DNA of 64,000 bases, taken from an uncultured Clostridia bacterium. Lineage in GTDB: Bacteria; Bacillota; Clostridia; TANB77; CAG-508. A program made the position numbers and the translations under genes. Shown piece after piece: positions 51,618 through 64,000 of this stretch. The notes beneath the pieces were generated by a model. It was not told the origin of the DNA, did not search any database, and was given only the letters and a program-made list of their open reading frames with translations. The stretch lies in NCBI GenBank assembly GCA_944386725.1, contig CALXCE010000003.1:26106-90105 (forward strand), given 5' to 3'. How positions within the stretch are numbered: position 1 is the stretch's first letter; every line of letters begins with the position of its first letter.

Positions 51618-53432
51618 TTATTGATTTCTAGTTGCTCTTTCTCTTTCTTTACTATCCAATATTTTCTTTCTCAAACGAATTGATTTTGGTGTTACTTCTA
51701 CTAATTCGTCATCTTGAATAAACTCAATTGCTTTCTCTAAAGACATTTGTATTGGTGGTACCAAACGAAGTGCATCATCTGAACCAGAAGCTCTTGTATT
51801 GGTTAAGTGCTTTTCTTTACATACATTGATAGCTAAATCTTCTCCTCTAGAATTTAACCCTACAATCATTCCTTCATATACTTCTACACCTGGTCCAATA
51901 AATAATTCTCCCTTATCTTGTGCATTGTATAATCCATAGGTTACAGATTTTCCATTTTCAAAAGCAACTATAGTTCCTCTTACTCTGGCTTGAATTTCTC
52001 CTTTATATGGTTCATAAGAGTCAAAAATATGATTCATCGTTCCTTCCCCTTTGGTGTCTGTTAAGAACTCTGTTCGATATCCAATTAAACCTCTTGCTGG
52101 TATTTTAAATTCAATTTTGGTATGACCTGTGTCTAGTGGTTCCATGTTTTCCATTTCGGCTTTTCTTCTTCCTAATTTTTCGATAACATTTCCTACACAG
52201 TCATCTGGAACATTTACTACTAATTGTTCAATGGGCTCACATTTTACACCATCTATTTCTTTGAAGATAACTTTTGGTCTGGAAACTAAAAGTTCAAATC
52301 CTTCTCTTCTCATCGTTTCGATTAAAACAGATAAGTGAAGTTCTCCTCTACCAGATACCTCAAAAGAATCTGGTGATTCTGTTTCTTTTACTCTTAAGGA
52401 TACGTTTCTTTCTAATTCCTTGAACAATCTATCTCTAATATGTCTTGATGTAATAAATTGTCCTTCTTTTCCAGCAAAAGGTCCATTATTAACACTAAAT
52501 GTCATGGAAACGGTTGGCTCGTCAATATCAACAAATGGTATTTTTTCTGGATGCTCGAAATCACAAATGGTATCTCCTATGTTGATATCTGGAAGTCCAA
52601 CAAGTTCAATGATATCTCCAGCTTTTCCTTCTTCTACTTCTACTTTGTTTAAACCGACATGGGTATATACTTTAGCAATTCTTCCTTGAGTTATCTTATC
52701 TTCCTTCCCACAAATAGAAACTGGCATACCATTTTTAATAATACCTCTTTCAACTCTACCTACTGCAATTCTTCCCACATAATCATCATAATCTATATTA
52801 GATACTAACATTTGAGCTGGTCCTTCTTCATCACATTTAGGTGCTTTTATCGTATTTATTATGGTTTCAAATAAACAACTTAAATCATTTGTTTCTTCAC
52901 TTAAATCCATTTTTGCAATTCCATTTTTAGCAGAAGTATACACAACAGGAAAGTCTAATTGTTCATCTGTTGCATCCAATTCAATGAATAGTTCGATAAC
53001 TTGGTCTACAACTTTTTCAGGTGTTGCTCCTGGTCTATCAATTTTATTGATAACAACAATTGGTTTTAAATTTAGTGCTAACGATTTTTTCAAAACTTCT
53101 CTTGTTTGAGGCATAGCTCCTTCAAAAGCATCCACTAATAAAAGAACTCCATCAACTGTTTTTAGAACTCTTTCCACTTCTCCTCCAAAATCAGCATGTC
53201 CTGGCGTATCCACTATATTTATTTTAATATCATCATGCATTACTGATGTATTTTTAGAAAGGATTGTTATTCCTCTTTCTTTTTCTTGGTCATTTGAGTC
53301 CATAATCCTTTCTGCTACTTGTTCGTTTTCTCTAAATATGTGACTTTGTTTAAGCATGGCATCTACTAGTGTTGTTTTTCCATGGTCTACGTGTGCAATT
53401 ATTGCAATATTTCTTATTTTTTGGTTATTCAT
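51618..53432 (-). CDS. typA: translational GTPase TypA/BipA
   Basis: [36 protein letters not shown]. Confidence 0.98.
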   Translation of the reverse strand: MNNQKIRNIAIIAHVDHGKTTLVDAMLKQSHIFRENEQVAERIMDSNDQEKERGITILSKNTSVMHDDIKINIVDTPGHADFGGEVERVLKTVDGVLLLVDAFEGAMPQTREVLKKSLALNLKPIVVINKIDRPGATPEKVVDQVIELFIELDATDEQLDFPVVYTSAKNGIAKMDLSEETNDLSCLFETIINTIKAPKCDEEGPAQMLVSNIDYDDYVGRIAVGRVERGIIKNGMPVSICGKEDKITQGRIAKVYTHVGLNKVEVEEGKAGDIIELVGLPDINIGDTICDFEHPEKIPFVDIDEPTVSMTFSVNNGPFAGKEGQFITSRHIRDRLFKELERNVSLRVKETESPDSFEVSGRGELHLSVLIETMRREGFELLVSRPKVIFKEIDGVKCEPIEQLVVNVPDDCVGNVIEKLGRRKAEMENMEPLDTGHTKIEFKIPARGLIGYRTEFLTDTKGEGTMNHIFDSYEPYKGEIQARVRGTIVAFENGKSVTYGLYNAQDKGELFIGPGVEVYEGMIVGLNSRGEDLAINVCKEKHLTNTRASGSDDALRLVPPIQMSLEKAIEFIQDDELVEVTPKSIRLRKKILDSKERERATRNQ

Positions 53433-53450
53433 TTTTATTACCCCTTCTTT

Positions 53451-53510
53451 GGGATTTAGGGACGTTCCTTAAAATCCCCAAAACAGGGATTTTAAGGAAC
53501 GTCTAAATCC
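53451..53510. repeat. REP doublet, subtype C, in the typA 5' UTR
   Basis: GGGATTTAGGGACGTTCCTTAAAATCCC and inverted copy separated by 7 nt. Confidence 0.85.
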
Positions 53511-53515
53511 TTCTA

Positions 53516-53544
53516 ATTATACACCTATTAGGCAATTTTGTCAA
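53516..53544 (-). promoter_or_regulatory. sigmaA promoter for typA
   Basis: Perfect TTGACA-17-TATAAT with TG extension. Confidence 0.8.
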
Positions 53545-53557
53545 ATGAAATCTAACA

Positions 53558-54154
53558 TCATTTTGCTAGTTCTATGATATTTCCCATTATTTCTTCTGTT
53601 ATCTTATCTAAAACTTCTTTGTCTTTACTCCCTTTATATTGACTATAATCTAAAGGTTTTCCATAAGTAATTGTAACTTTTCTGTTTTGTTTCGTTCCAC
53701 CTTTAATGCCACATGGTACTACTTTTGCACCACTTCTTACAGCAAAAAATGCTACTCCATCTTTTACTTTTTCACCTTTTTCTAATCCATTTCTTGTACC
53801 TTCTGGAAATAAGGCTATACATTCTCCGTTTTTTAATGTTTTTAAAGATTCTTTGATAGCTGCTACATCTTTTTCATCTCTTTTTACAAGAATGGCATTA
53901 AATGCCCATCCTAAAAAATTTAAAAATGGATTTTTGGTTAATTCCTCTTTGGCCAAAAAACGCATATCTCTTTTAGCAGTACATACCATTAATGGAGGGT
54001 CTAAATAGGTTCTGTGGTTTCCGCAAAATATAACTGGTCCTTCTTTTGGTATATTTTCTAATCCTATAATTTCTGTTCTATAATAAATTTTACACCATAT
54101 ATATATGGCTCCTCTTACAATCCATTTTATAATTCTTCTTATTGTTTTTTTCAC
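53558..54154 (-). CDS. plsC: 1-acyl-sn-glycerol-3-phosphate acyltransferase
   Basis: NHRTYLD, FLAKEEL, FPEGTR. Confidence 0.93.
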   Translation of the reverse strand: MKKTIRRIIKWIVRGAIYIWCKIYYRTEIIGLENIPKEGPVIFCGNHRTYLDPPLMVCTAKRDMRFLAKEELTKNPFLNFLGWAFNAILVKRDEKDVAAIKESLKTLKNGECIALFPEGTRNGLEKGEKVKDGVAFFAVRSGAKVVPCGIKGGTKQNRKVTITYGKPLDYSQYKGSKDKEVLDKITEEIMGNIIELAK

Positions 54155-54819
54155 TTTTGATTCACACCTCTTTCTTTTATAATTCCTACAATCTTATTTA
54201 CTACTTCTTCAATCGTCATATTGGTTGAATCTATGTATATAGCATCCTCTGCTTGTTTTAGTGGGGCAATTTCTCTAGTAGAATCTCTTTTATCTCTATC
54301 AATTATATTTTTTAACACTTCTTCATAAGAAGTTGTAATTCCTTTTTCTTGATTTTGTTTAACTCTTCTCTTTGCTCTTTCTTCTTGCGATGCATCTAAA
54401 TATATTTTTACATCTGCATTAGGAAATACAACAGTTCCAATATCTCGCCCCTCGATGATAACATTTTTTCCTTGTGCTATTTCTCTTTGTATATCCAACA
54501 ATTTATCTCTTACTATTTTTATAACGGAAACAGGCGAAACAAAGTTATTGACATCATTTTCTCTAATTCTTTTGGTTACTTCTTCTCCATTTAAGAAAAC
54601 TCTTCCATTTTCTTTCATATCGATATGTATTTTGTCTATCATTGCCTTAATTCTATTTTCTTGGTTGATTTGTATTCCATCTTGAATCATGTTTAAAGCA
54701 ACACATCGAAAGGTTGCTCCTGTATCAATATTGATTAATCCTAATTTCTCTCCCACTTGTTTTGTAATGGTTCCTTTGCCTGAACCTGCTGGTCCATCAA
54801 TTGCAACAATCAATGACAT
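54151..54819 (-). CDS. cmk: cytidylate kinase
   Basis: AIDGPAGSGKGT, IEGRDIGTVVFP, DSTREIAPL. Confidence 0.96.
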   Translation of the reverse strand: MSLIVAIDGPAGSGKGTITKQVGEKLGLINIDTGATFRCVALNMIQDGIQINQENRIKAMIDKIHIDMKENGRVFLNGEEVTKRIRENDVNNFVSPVSVIKIVRDKLLDIQREIAQGKNVIIEGRDIGTVVFPNADVKIYLDASQEERAKRRVKQNQEKGITTSYEEVLKNIIDRDKRDSTREIAPLKQAEDAIYIDSTNMTIEEVVNKIVGIIKERGVNQK

Positions 54820-54845
54820 TTGTCGCTCCTCCTTTTAATTTCTAC

Positions 54846-54900
54846 TAGGAGTGTCCCTAAATCCCTAAAAGTGAGATTTTAAGGAACGTCCCTTATTCCC
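54846..54900. repeat. two degenerate subtype-C REP units at the junction upstream of cmk
   Basis: GTCCCTAAATCCC and GATTTTAAGGAACGTCCCT; upstream stop codon lies inside a unit. Confidence 0.75.
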
Positions 54901-55762
54901 TCTCTTCTTCTGGAACATAAATATTTTTTGCTACTACATCTAATTCTACTACATTCATAGCAGTCAATTTTTCAATTTCTTTTTTGGCTTTTTCTTTAAA
55001 TTCTTTTAAACCTTCCATTACATTATATCCATATAAAATAGTAACCTCCATATAAATTTTGGCACCTTCTCCATAGTTTTCTACTCTGGTTTTTAATATT
55101 TTATAGATAGCTGATGTTTGTACTGCTAAGTATTCCAAAATTTGTCTAAATACTAAATCTGAAATCGTAAATTTTCCTAGATAGCTAAAGGTTGGTCTTA
55201 TGATTGACTTTTCTGATATGTATGGTTTTTGTCCTTTTCCTTTTGATTTAAATATTTGAAGTGGGTCTAATAAATAACCTGAAAAGTCTTTTTTGATTTC
55301 AAAAGTTGGTACTGGTATAACATGTTTCCCTTCTGTTACTCTAATTTTTCTCGCTGTTTTCATCTCTGACTCTGTTGCTACATCTTTGATATAAATGGTT
55401 TCTGAAATTTCTGGCAATCCCAAATTAGCAGCAATTTTTTGCACCATCCCATCTGAGGTTCCTAAAATTAAGATACTTTGAGGTTTATACTTCTTTAATG
55501 CTTTTATAATTTCTGCTTTTTCCTTTTCTTCATAAAAAAGAGCATGTTTAACAGTAGCTACTTTGGTTGATGCTTTTTTAGCCGATTCTCCTGCTACTAC
55601 TTCATTATCTTTAATTAATAATCCATCATCTATAATGAAATGAGTATCTTTTTCTCCTGCTACCATTTGTGCTCTATAACTTTTTCCTGTACCTGATGGT
55701 CCTACAAAGGCATAGACTTTTATTTTGTTTGCAAATGGTAATTTTATGTCTTTTAACAACAT
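54893..55762 (-). CDS. P-loop ATP-binding protein with C-terminal Asp23-like domain
   Basis: VGPSGTGKS, IIDDGLLI, HVIPVPTFEIKKDFSG. Confidence 0.7.
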   Translation of the reverse strand: MLLKDIKLPFANKIKVYAFVGPSGTGKSYRAQMVAGEKDTHFIIDDGLLIKDNEVVAGESAKKASTKVATVKHALFYEEKEKAEIIKALKKYKPQSILILGTSDGMVQKIAANLGLPEISETIYIKDVATESEMKTARKIRVTEGKHVIPVPTFEIKKDFSGYLLDPLQIFKSKGKGQKPYISEKSIIRPTFSYLGKFTISDLVFRQILEYLAVQTSAIYKILKTRVENYGEGAKIYMEVTILYGYNVMEGLKEFKEKAKKEIEKLTAMNVVELDVVAKNIYVPEEERE

Positions 55763-55810
55763 TTTCTTGCTCCTTATATTATTTTTTTGACTATTATATC
55801 ATTTTTAATT

Positions 55811-56866
55811 TTATTCTACAATAGTTGTACTGCTTTCCAAATTTTTCCTTCTTAACTGTCCACATGCTGCATCTATATCAGAGCCAAGCTCTCTTCTAAT
55901 TGTTGCCACAATTCCACAGTCATTTAAATAATCTCTAAATTTCATAATATTTTCATTAGAGCTTTTATCAAATTTTCCATTCTCTATTTTGTTAATTGGT
56001 ATTAAATTTACATGACATAGCATACCTTTTAATAACTTCACTAATTCTTTTGCATCCTCTAAATTATCATTATTATCCTTTGCTAGTGCATATTCAAATG
56101 ATATTCTTCGATTGGTTTTGGCTATGTAATCCCTGCAAGCTTGCAATAATTCCTCAATTGGATAAGCTTGATTGACTGGCATCATGCTACTTCTTTTTTT
56201 ATTATTCGTAGCATGTAAAGAAATGGAGAGTGTACACTGAATATTCTCCTCTGCTAGTTTATAAATTTGGGGAACTAAACCACTAGTTGAAATACTAATA
56301 TGTCTTGCCCCTATATTTAGACCTTTAGGATGATTCATAATTCTAATGGCATTTACTACATTATCATAATTATCTAACGGTTCACCAATTCCCATAAATA
56401 CCACATTGGAAATTCTTTCTCCTGTATCTTGCTCCACTCGTATGATTTGTTCTACAATTTCTCCACTTGTCAAATTTCTGATAAAATTAATACCAGTAGA
56501 AGCACAGAACTCACATCCCATTTTGCACCCAATTTGTGAAGATACGCAAATACTATTTCCATGATGATACTTCATAAGAACTGTTTCTATGGCATTTCCA
56601 TCTAACACATCAAATAAATATTTAATCGTTCCATCTTTAGACTCTTCCTTTTTTAGGATATTAAAATTACATATGGTATAACGGTCTTTCAATTTTTCTC
56701 TTAATTCTAATGACAAATTTGTCATTTCATCAAAAGATTGTACTTTTTCATGATATATCCATTGAAAGATTTGCTCTGCACGAAATGATTTTTCTCCCAT
56801 TTGCTTTATTTCGTTTTTTAAATCTTCCAAATTATAATCTTTTATGTTTTTCATTTTCATTCTCAT
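55811..56866 (-). CDS. rlmN: 23S rRNA/tRNA m2A methyltransferase RlmN
   Basis: CVSSQIGCKMGCEFCAS, MGIGEPL, DIDAACGQL. Confidence 0.96.
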   Translation of the reverse strand: MRMKMKNIKDYNLEDLKNEIKQMGEKSFRAEQIFQWIYHEKVQSFDEMTNLSLELREKLKDRYTICNFNILKKEESKDGTIKYLFDVLDGNAIETVLMKYHHGNSICVSSQIGCKMGCEFCASTGINFIRNLTSGEIVEQIIRVEQDTGERISNVVFMGIGEPLDNYDNVVNAIRIMNHPKGLNIGARHISISTSGLVPQIYKLAEENIQCTLSISLHATNNKKRSSMMPVNQAYPIEELLQACRDYIAKTNRRISFEYALAKDNNDNLEDAKELVKLLKGMLCHVNLIPINKIENGKFDKSSNENIMKFRDYLNDCGIVATIRRELGSDIDAACGQLRRKNLESSTTIVE

Positions 56867-56876
56867 TCCTTTTTCG

Positions 56877-57083
56877 TCACAGTTTCGTAATATCTTTTCC
56901 TATCTCTTTTGGAATCACTATTTTGCTATTTTTTATTGGCCTTTTAGGCATAATTAATTCGTCTAATCTTTGTATCATTTCATAGTCTTTTCGGTAAATG
57001 AAAGCAAAAAGACTTTTTCTGATTTTATCATATATGGTTTCTTTCCTAATAATAAGATTTGTTTGCATCAGATTAGACATCAA
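56877..57083 (-). CDS. small hypothetical protein (68 aa)
   Basis: AAGGAG RBS, fills the gap before rlmN. Confidence 0.55.
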   Translation of the reverse strand: MMSNLMQTNLIIRKETIYDKIRKSLFAFIYRKDYEMIQRLDELIMPKRPIKNSKIVIPKEIGKDITKL

Positions 57084-57139
57084 TTTTCTCCTTTTTTCTT
57101 ATTATATATTTTAATAATTAAGTCTGTCAATGCATTAAA

Positions 57140-57703
57140 TCACATATGAAATTTTCTAATAATTGCTTCTTTCATATCTTTGGCACATAACATCAAACAA
57201 AGTAGAAAATTCAAAATAGAAATACCACTTGCAATCATACTTATTGTTTTCTCTTCTACCATGTTTTCTGTCATAAGAACAATTGGTAACATGCTAAAAA
57301 GTACAATAATAAGTTGATAAATTGCATACTTAATATATTTTTTATAGCTAACAATGGTTAGTACTAGCATTGTTATATTAGCAATTATAATCATAATTGG
57401 AATGGCTATATTAATAGACCACCCTTTAAATCCTAATTTATAATCAATATAAACTGTTAACATAGAAAGAGCTATAGTTTGTAATAATACATGTCCTGCT
57501 ATATTTACATTTTTTTTGATAGAATAGATTACAACCACCCAACTATATAGAATTCCACTATTTGCTAATGCCGCCCAAGGAATACTAGGTGTTGTTAATT
57601 TGTTTATGAGTAATAAAATAACGGCTATTCCTATAGACACACCTATTAAAATTTTTATTATTTTATCACTTTTCTTTGCTTTTACTTTTTCTGGATATAT
57701 CAT
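57140..57703 (-). CDS. membrane protein, DUF6320-like
   Basis: Multiple TM helices, ends IRKFHM; paired with the upstream acyltransferase. Confidence 0.6.
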   Translation of the reverse strand: MIYPEKVKAKKSDKIIKILIGVSIGIAVILLLINKLTTPSIPWAALANSGILYSWVVVIYSIKKNVNIAGHVLLQTIALSMLTVYIDYKLGFKGWSINIAIPIMIIIANITMLVLTIVSYKKYIKYAIYQLIIVLFSMLPIVLMTENMVEEKTISMIASGISILNFLLCLMLCAKDMKEAIIRKFHM

Positions 57704-58976
57704 CTAAAACACCATTACTTTCTATTTCTATTTTAATTCCTTTTTCTTTGAGAAATTCATAAAATCTTTTTTCAACACGATTGTCTTGTAAAATGGATGT
57801 AAAGGTAAATACCATTTTATTTTCAAAAGTACAACTAGAACACTTTATTTTTTCTACTGGCTCTGGTGCAATTAACATTAAAAAATAATCAATATAATCC
57901 TTATATTTCCCTAAAATACCAATTCTTCCTATATTAGAAAATGTAGTTGTTGTATATTTTCTAATTTCTAGATAGCTTAATCGAACAATTGCTTTTTTTA
58001 CGACTAATGGAATTGGCCTAATAAATGGGTTATTTCCTATTTTTACATTTGTTGACATGGTTTTAATAATTTCTTCTTGAGTTAGTCTTTTATGAAAATC
58101 CTTTTTAACAAAATCCAAAATTTTCTCAAAGGTATCTAAATTATCTTTTTTCATTTGTGCTTCCACAGTAATATAAGAAAAAAAATTCGACATTGTCTTA
58201 GAAGAAAAGAATTTCTTTAAATTAACTGGTATACATACTTTTATGGGTCTTTTTCCTTTTGCTTTTACATAATTTTCTTGATAGATACTATAGATTAACA
58301 CTGCTGTTAAATATTGTGTAATCGTTACTCTCTCTTTTTTGCTTTCTTTTTTCAACCCTTCTAAATCTATAATTTCATGGATAACACTTCTGGCTCCTAA
58401 TTTTATTTTTTTGCCTTTTAATACATATGCTTTTTTACCAGAAGCATTCGATTTTGCTTTCTTATCATAATTCTTCATATAACTATCTTCCGTGTTATAG
58501 TCTATTTTTCTAATTCTTCTTTCTTCCTCATCTAGTACTTCTGGATGCATTAACTCTAAGTAAGTATAAATAATCTCTTTGAAAAATATTGTTCCACTGT
58601 TACCATCTGTTAAGGAGTGGAAAATATCAATATTAATTTTATTTTGAAAATAAGTAACTTTGAACAAATAATTGTTATTATGTCGTGCATCGATATATTT
58701 ACAAGGATAATCTTGTTCTTCTTCTATGATAGGAAGTTTGGGATTATGTTCTAAATAATACCAAAAGAAGCCAGGTTTCATCTTAACTTGAAAAGATTTA
58801 TACTTTTCTAAAGCTTGATTTACTGCTTCTTCCAATATTTTAGGTTCTATTTTTTCTTTTAAAACAACCGATAATCGAAATACTGTACTGTATTTTTTTC
58901 CCGCAGATATTGGAAATATCTTCGCCGAATTATCTAATCTTCTCCAATATAATTTATTTTCTCTTTTATTCTTCAT
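57666..58976 (-). CDS. alcohol acetyltransferase / condensation-like acyltransferase
   Basis: WRRLDNSAKIFP, HSLTDG (HxxxDG), VNLKKFF.SKTMSNF, FSNIG. Confidence 0.75.
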   Translation of the reverse strand: MKNKRENKLYWRRLDNSAKIFPISAGKKYSTVFRLSVVLKEKIEPKILEEAVNQALEKYKSFQVKMKPGFFWYYLEHNPKLPIIEEEQDYPCKYIDARHNNNYLFKVTYFQNKINIDIFHSLTDGNSGTIFFKEIIYTYLELMHPEVLDEEERRIRKIDYNTEDSYMKNYDKKAKSNASGKKAYVLKGKKIKLGARSVIHEIIDLEGLKKESKKERVTITQYLTAVLIYSIYQENYVKAKGKRPIKVCIPVNLKKFFSSKTMSNFFSYITVEAQMKKDNLDTFEKILDFVKKDFHKRLTQEEIIKTMSTNVKIGNNPFIRPIPLVVKKAIVRLSYLEIRKYTTTTFSNIGRIGILGKYKDYIDYFLMLIAPEPVEKIKCSSCTFENKMVFTFTSILQDNRVEKRFYEFLKEKGIKIEIESNGVLDDISRKSKSKEK

Positions 58977-59870
58977 TCGAATTCCTCACTAATAATTAAT
59001 TCTAAAATTTCTTCGTAGCCTTGTTGTACTAGTTCTTGGTTATCGTTTTTTTCTATCATCCATATATGTCCTGCCTTTTCATATTCTTTAACATTTATTT
59101 TGACACCTATTTTTTCTGCTTTTTCTTTTAATATTTGTACATCTGGATTTAAAATATCATAAGTTCCAGTTAAAATCGTTACATTTTGTAATTTTGATAA
59201 ATCTCCTTCTATGGGATTTACTAAATAACTATTCATGCCATCATCTCCTGCATACGCAATTCCCGCCAATTTTAAAGTTTCTTTGTTTAATTCTTTGTCT
59301 ACTTTCTGCACTTCATTTATTTCCGGATTTGTCAACCTAACATCTAGCCATGGTGAAATTAAGATTGTTTTGGCTGGCATTGGCAAATTTTCTTCTCCTA
59401 TTTTTTCTTCTAAAGCCAGACCCAAACCTCCTCCCGCTGAATCTCCTATTAGGATTAAATGATTGGCATCTACTTTCTCTATCACTTCTTTGTAAAATGG
59501 TACTATCATCTTGAATACGTCTTTATAGGTATATTTTGGTGCTAGCGGATAATCTGGTAAAATTACAGTTGCTCCTGTATCATTTACAATTTTTTCTATG
59601 AACTCCCAATGCTGTTTGCTTGCTTCTGCCATATAAGAACCACCATGGAAATATAATATTTTTATATCAGATTTTTCTTGTTTTTTTGGTTTCACAATAA
59701 ATATGTTTCTTCCCATAAATTGCTCTGTTTCTAGTTGACAGTTTTCTTCTACTTCTTTTGGTACTTTTGTTTGGATATCTACTATCAAATAATAACTAAT
59801 TACTGCTAACACTATTACTAGCACGATAAGTACGATACCGAATCATTATCTTTGCTATTTTTGTTTTCAT
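58973..59870 (-). CDS. membrane-anchored alpha/beta hydrolase (HSL-like), with +1 break at CGG 59838-59840
   Basis: HGGSY, GDSAGG, SPWLD, GTYD, GH; true start ATG 59870 after GAGGAG. Confidence 0.85.
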
Positions 59871-60001
59871 TTTACTCCTCATATTTTTGTTTTCTTTTTG
59901 CCATTTTATCATAGTTTTGATAAAATGAAAAGATTACATTCTAAATATTAAATTTTTATATTAGAACATAATCTTATTATATCAATCTTTCTTTTCATTG
60001 C

Positions 60002-61162
60002 TTATCCGAAAAATCCACGTTTTTTTACTGGCGGTTGTTCATTCATCGTTTTTGCTAATTGCATTAATAAGTCTCTTTGCTCTTTGGTCAATTTCTTTGG
60101 AGTTTGAACTGTTACTGTAAATACAAAATCTCCTACACTATTTGAATTAACAGATTTAAAACCTTTATTTCTTATCGTGAATTTTGTACCTGTTTGTGTA
60201 CCATTTGGAATTTTATAGGTTTCTCTTGTTCCATCTACCATTGGTATTTCTAGCTCAGCACCTAATGTTGCTTGTGTAATAGTAATAGGTACTTCGCATA
60301 AGACATTATTTCCTTTTCTAGTATAAATATTATGTCTTTTAATTCTAACCGTAATATATAAATCTCCTTTTGGTCCACCTTTTTCTCCTGGCTCACCTTC
60401 TCCTCTTAAGACAACAGTTTGATTATCATCAATTCCAGCTGGAATTTTCACTTTGATTCTTGGTTGTTTTCTTACCGTTCCTTTTCCATGACAAGTTTCA
60501 CATGGCTCTTTAATAATTTCTCCTGTTCCATGGCAATTGGTACAAGTTCTTCTTGTTTGCATTTGTCCTAAAATTGTATTTTGCACTTGTGTAACCTGAC
60601 CTGTACCATTACATATTGTACATTTTATTTTAGAAGTTCCTGGTTTTGCTCCAGTTCCATGGCAAGTATCACAAACATCATCTCTCGTAATGGTAATTTC
60701 TTTTTCTACTCCTAGAAATGCTTGTTCAAAAGTGATATCAATTCCCAAATTTAAGTCAGCACCTTTTCTAGGTCCTGTTTGTCTTCTAGTAGATGAATTT
60801 CTTCCTCCAAATCCACCTCCAAAAAAAGATGAGAAAATGTCTCCTAAATCTCCAAAATCTCCAAAATCAGAGCTACTATAAGAATAGTAACCTCCTTGCC
60901 CTCCAAAAGGACCACCTGCTCCGCCAAATCCTTGTGGATCAGCCGTTCCAAATTGGTCATACATCTTTCTTTTTTGTGGGTCAGATAAAGTTTCATAAGC
61001 TTCGTTGACTTCTTTAAATTTAGTCTCTGCTTCTGCTTTGTTGTCTGGGTTTGCATCCGGATGGTATTTTTTCGCAAGTTTACGATAAGCTTTTTTTAAC
61101 TCGTCATCTGTTGCATTTTTGTTCACACCTAATACTTCATAATAATCTCTTTTGCTTGCCAT
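60002..61162 (-). CDS. dnaJ: chaperone DnaJ
   Basis: J domain HPD, G/F region, four CxxCxGxG repeats. Confidence 0.98.
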   Translation of the reverse strand: MASKRDYYEVLGVNKNATDDELKKAYRKLAKKYHPDANPDNKAEAETKFKEVNEAYETLSDPQKRKMYDQFGTADPQGFGGAGGPFGGQGGYYSYSSSDFGDFGDLGDIFSSFFGGGFGGRNSSTRRQTGPRKGADLNLGIDITFEQAFLGVEKEITITRDDVCDTCHGTGAKPGTSKIKCTICNGTGQVTQVQNTILGQMQTRRTCTNCHGTGEIIKEPCETCHGKGTVRKQPRIKVKIPAGIDDNQTVVLRGEGEPGEKGGPKGDLYITVRIKRHNIYTRKGNNVLCEVPITITQATLGAELEIPMVDGTRETYKIPNGTQTGTKFTIRNKGFKSVNSNSVGDFVFTVTVQTPKKLTKEQRDLLMQLAKTMNEQPPVKKRGFFG

Positions 61163-61182
61163 TGTTCTTTCCTCCTAAAGAA

Positions 61183-61247
61183 AGGGAATTGGAGACTATC
61201 TTTAAATTCCTATAAAAAGGGATTTTAAGGAACGTCCCCTAACCCCT
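61183..61247. repeat. subtype-C REP plus degenerate partner at the dnaK-dnaJ junction
   Basis: AGGGATTTTAAGGAACGTCCCCTAACCCCT at 61218-61247 and a decayed arm at 61183-61211. Confidence 0.75.
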
Positions 61248-61254
61248 CTTTTGG

Positions 61255-63294
<2,040 letters not shown>

Positions 63295-63817
63295 TTAGTT
63301 GGCAACTACCACCATAGAATGACGAATTACTCGATTTCCTATTTTGTAGCCCTTTCTATATTCTTGAACAATTTCTTTCTCTCCTAAGTTTTCATCCTGA
63401 ATACTACTTACTGCTTCATGAAGTTCAGGATCAAAAGTTTCTCCGGAGTGTTTTGATTTCCTCTACTCCTTTAGATAGCAAAACATCTTTTAATTGTTTT
63501 AATACAAGTTCTATCCCTTTTTTGTATTCCTCATCTTGAGTTTCTATTTTTACTGCATTTTCTAAGTTATCTAATACAGGAAGGATAACTTCTACTACGT
63601 CTGAAAGAATAGAATTGTATAATCCTTCTCTTTCCTTGCTACTTCTTTTTTTGAAGTTTTCAAATTCTGCTAGTATTCTTTTATATCTGTCGTCTAATTC
63701 ATTATAATCTTGCTTTGGTACCATGTCGTTGTATTTATTATCTTCATCATTTTTTTCTTGTTCCCTTTTTGTTTCCTCTTTTTCTAATTCTTCTTCCTTG
63801 TTTTTTTCGTCTGCCAT
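63295..63817 (-). CDS. grpE: nucleotide exchange factor GrpE, with +1 break at CGG 63443-63445
   Basis: AEFENFKKR, LPVLDNLENA, IKTL-GETFDPELHEA, KGYKIG.RVIRHSMVVVAN*. Confidence 0.93.
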
Positions 63818-63836
63818 ATTTGCTTCTCCTTTCTCT

Positions 63837-64000
63837 TTACATATTCTTATTATTTAATTTTTTATTAATATATTTCATAACAGAAATAACTTTTGAATAG
63901 TCCATTCTTTTAGGTCCTATAATTCCAATGGTTCCCAAATCTTTTCCATTGACTTTGTGTTTAAAGGTAACTACACTAAAATCTTTTAGTTCTTGCTTTT
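63837..64000 (-). CDS. hrcA: heat-inducible repressor HrcA, C-terminal part
   Basis: GTIGIIGPKRMDYSKVI; upstream of grpE. Confidence 0.9.
   Translation of the reverse strand, partial: KQELKDFSVVTFKHKVNGKDLGTIGIIGPKRMDYSKVISVMKYINKKLNNKNM

Overview
AT-rich chromosomal segment from a spore-forming Clostridia bacterium (pro-sigK present; exact lineage not determinable here). It is mostly housekeeping genes on the minus strand: pheS/pheT with a Phe T-box, eno, recN, hemW, whiA, prmC, ftsH, alr-femX, tRNA-Gly, pyrG, greA, pgsA, ctpA, ftsEX with two M23 peptidases, split transketolase, 6S RNA, sigK, a fab/acc cluster, trhP/trmR, typA, plsC, cmk, rlmN and hrcA-grpE-dnaK-dnaJ. Main observation: eight genes (ftsX, sigK x2, accA, birA x2, fadD, DUF368 x2, an alpha/beta hydrolase, grpE) are broken at 11 sites by the same +1 event, one extra C directly before a glycine GGN codon on the coding strand. 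Each site therefore reads as an in-frame CGG, and the protein continues in the +1 frame. My manual scan found no in-frame CGG in any intact ORF. This suggests CGG-triggered +1 recoding (CGGN read as Gly) rather than pseudogenes; a sequencing artefact must still be excluded with raw reads. Second observation: about a dozen GGGAC/CGTCCC palindromic REP-like elements sit at stop-codon/RBS junctions. Also present are a divergent RelA/SpoT-type synthetase-like gene, an orphan HipA-like kinase, an unknown gene under the Phe T-box, and a 186-nt hairpin next to 6S RNA.
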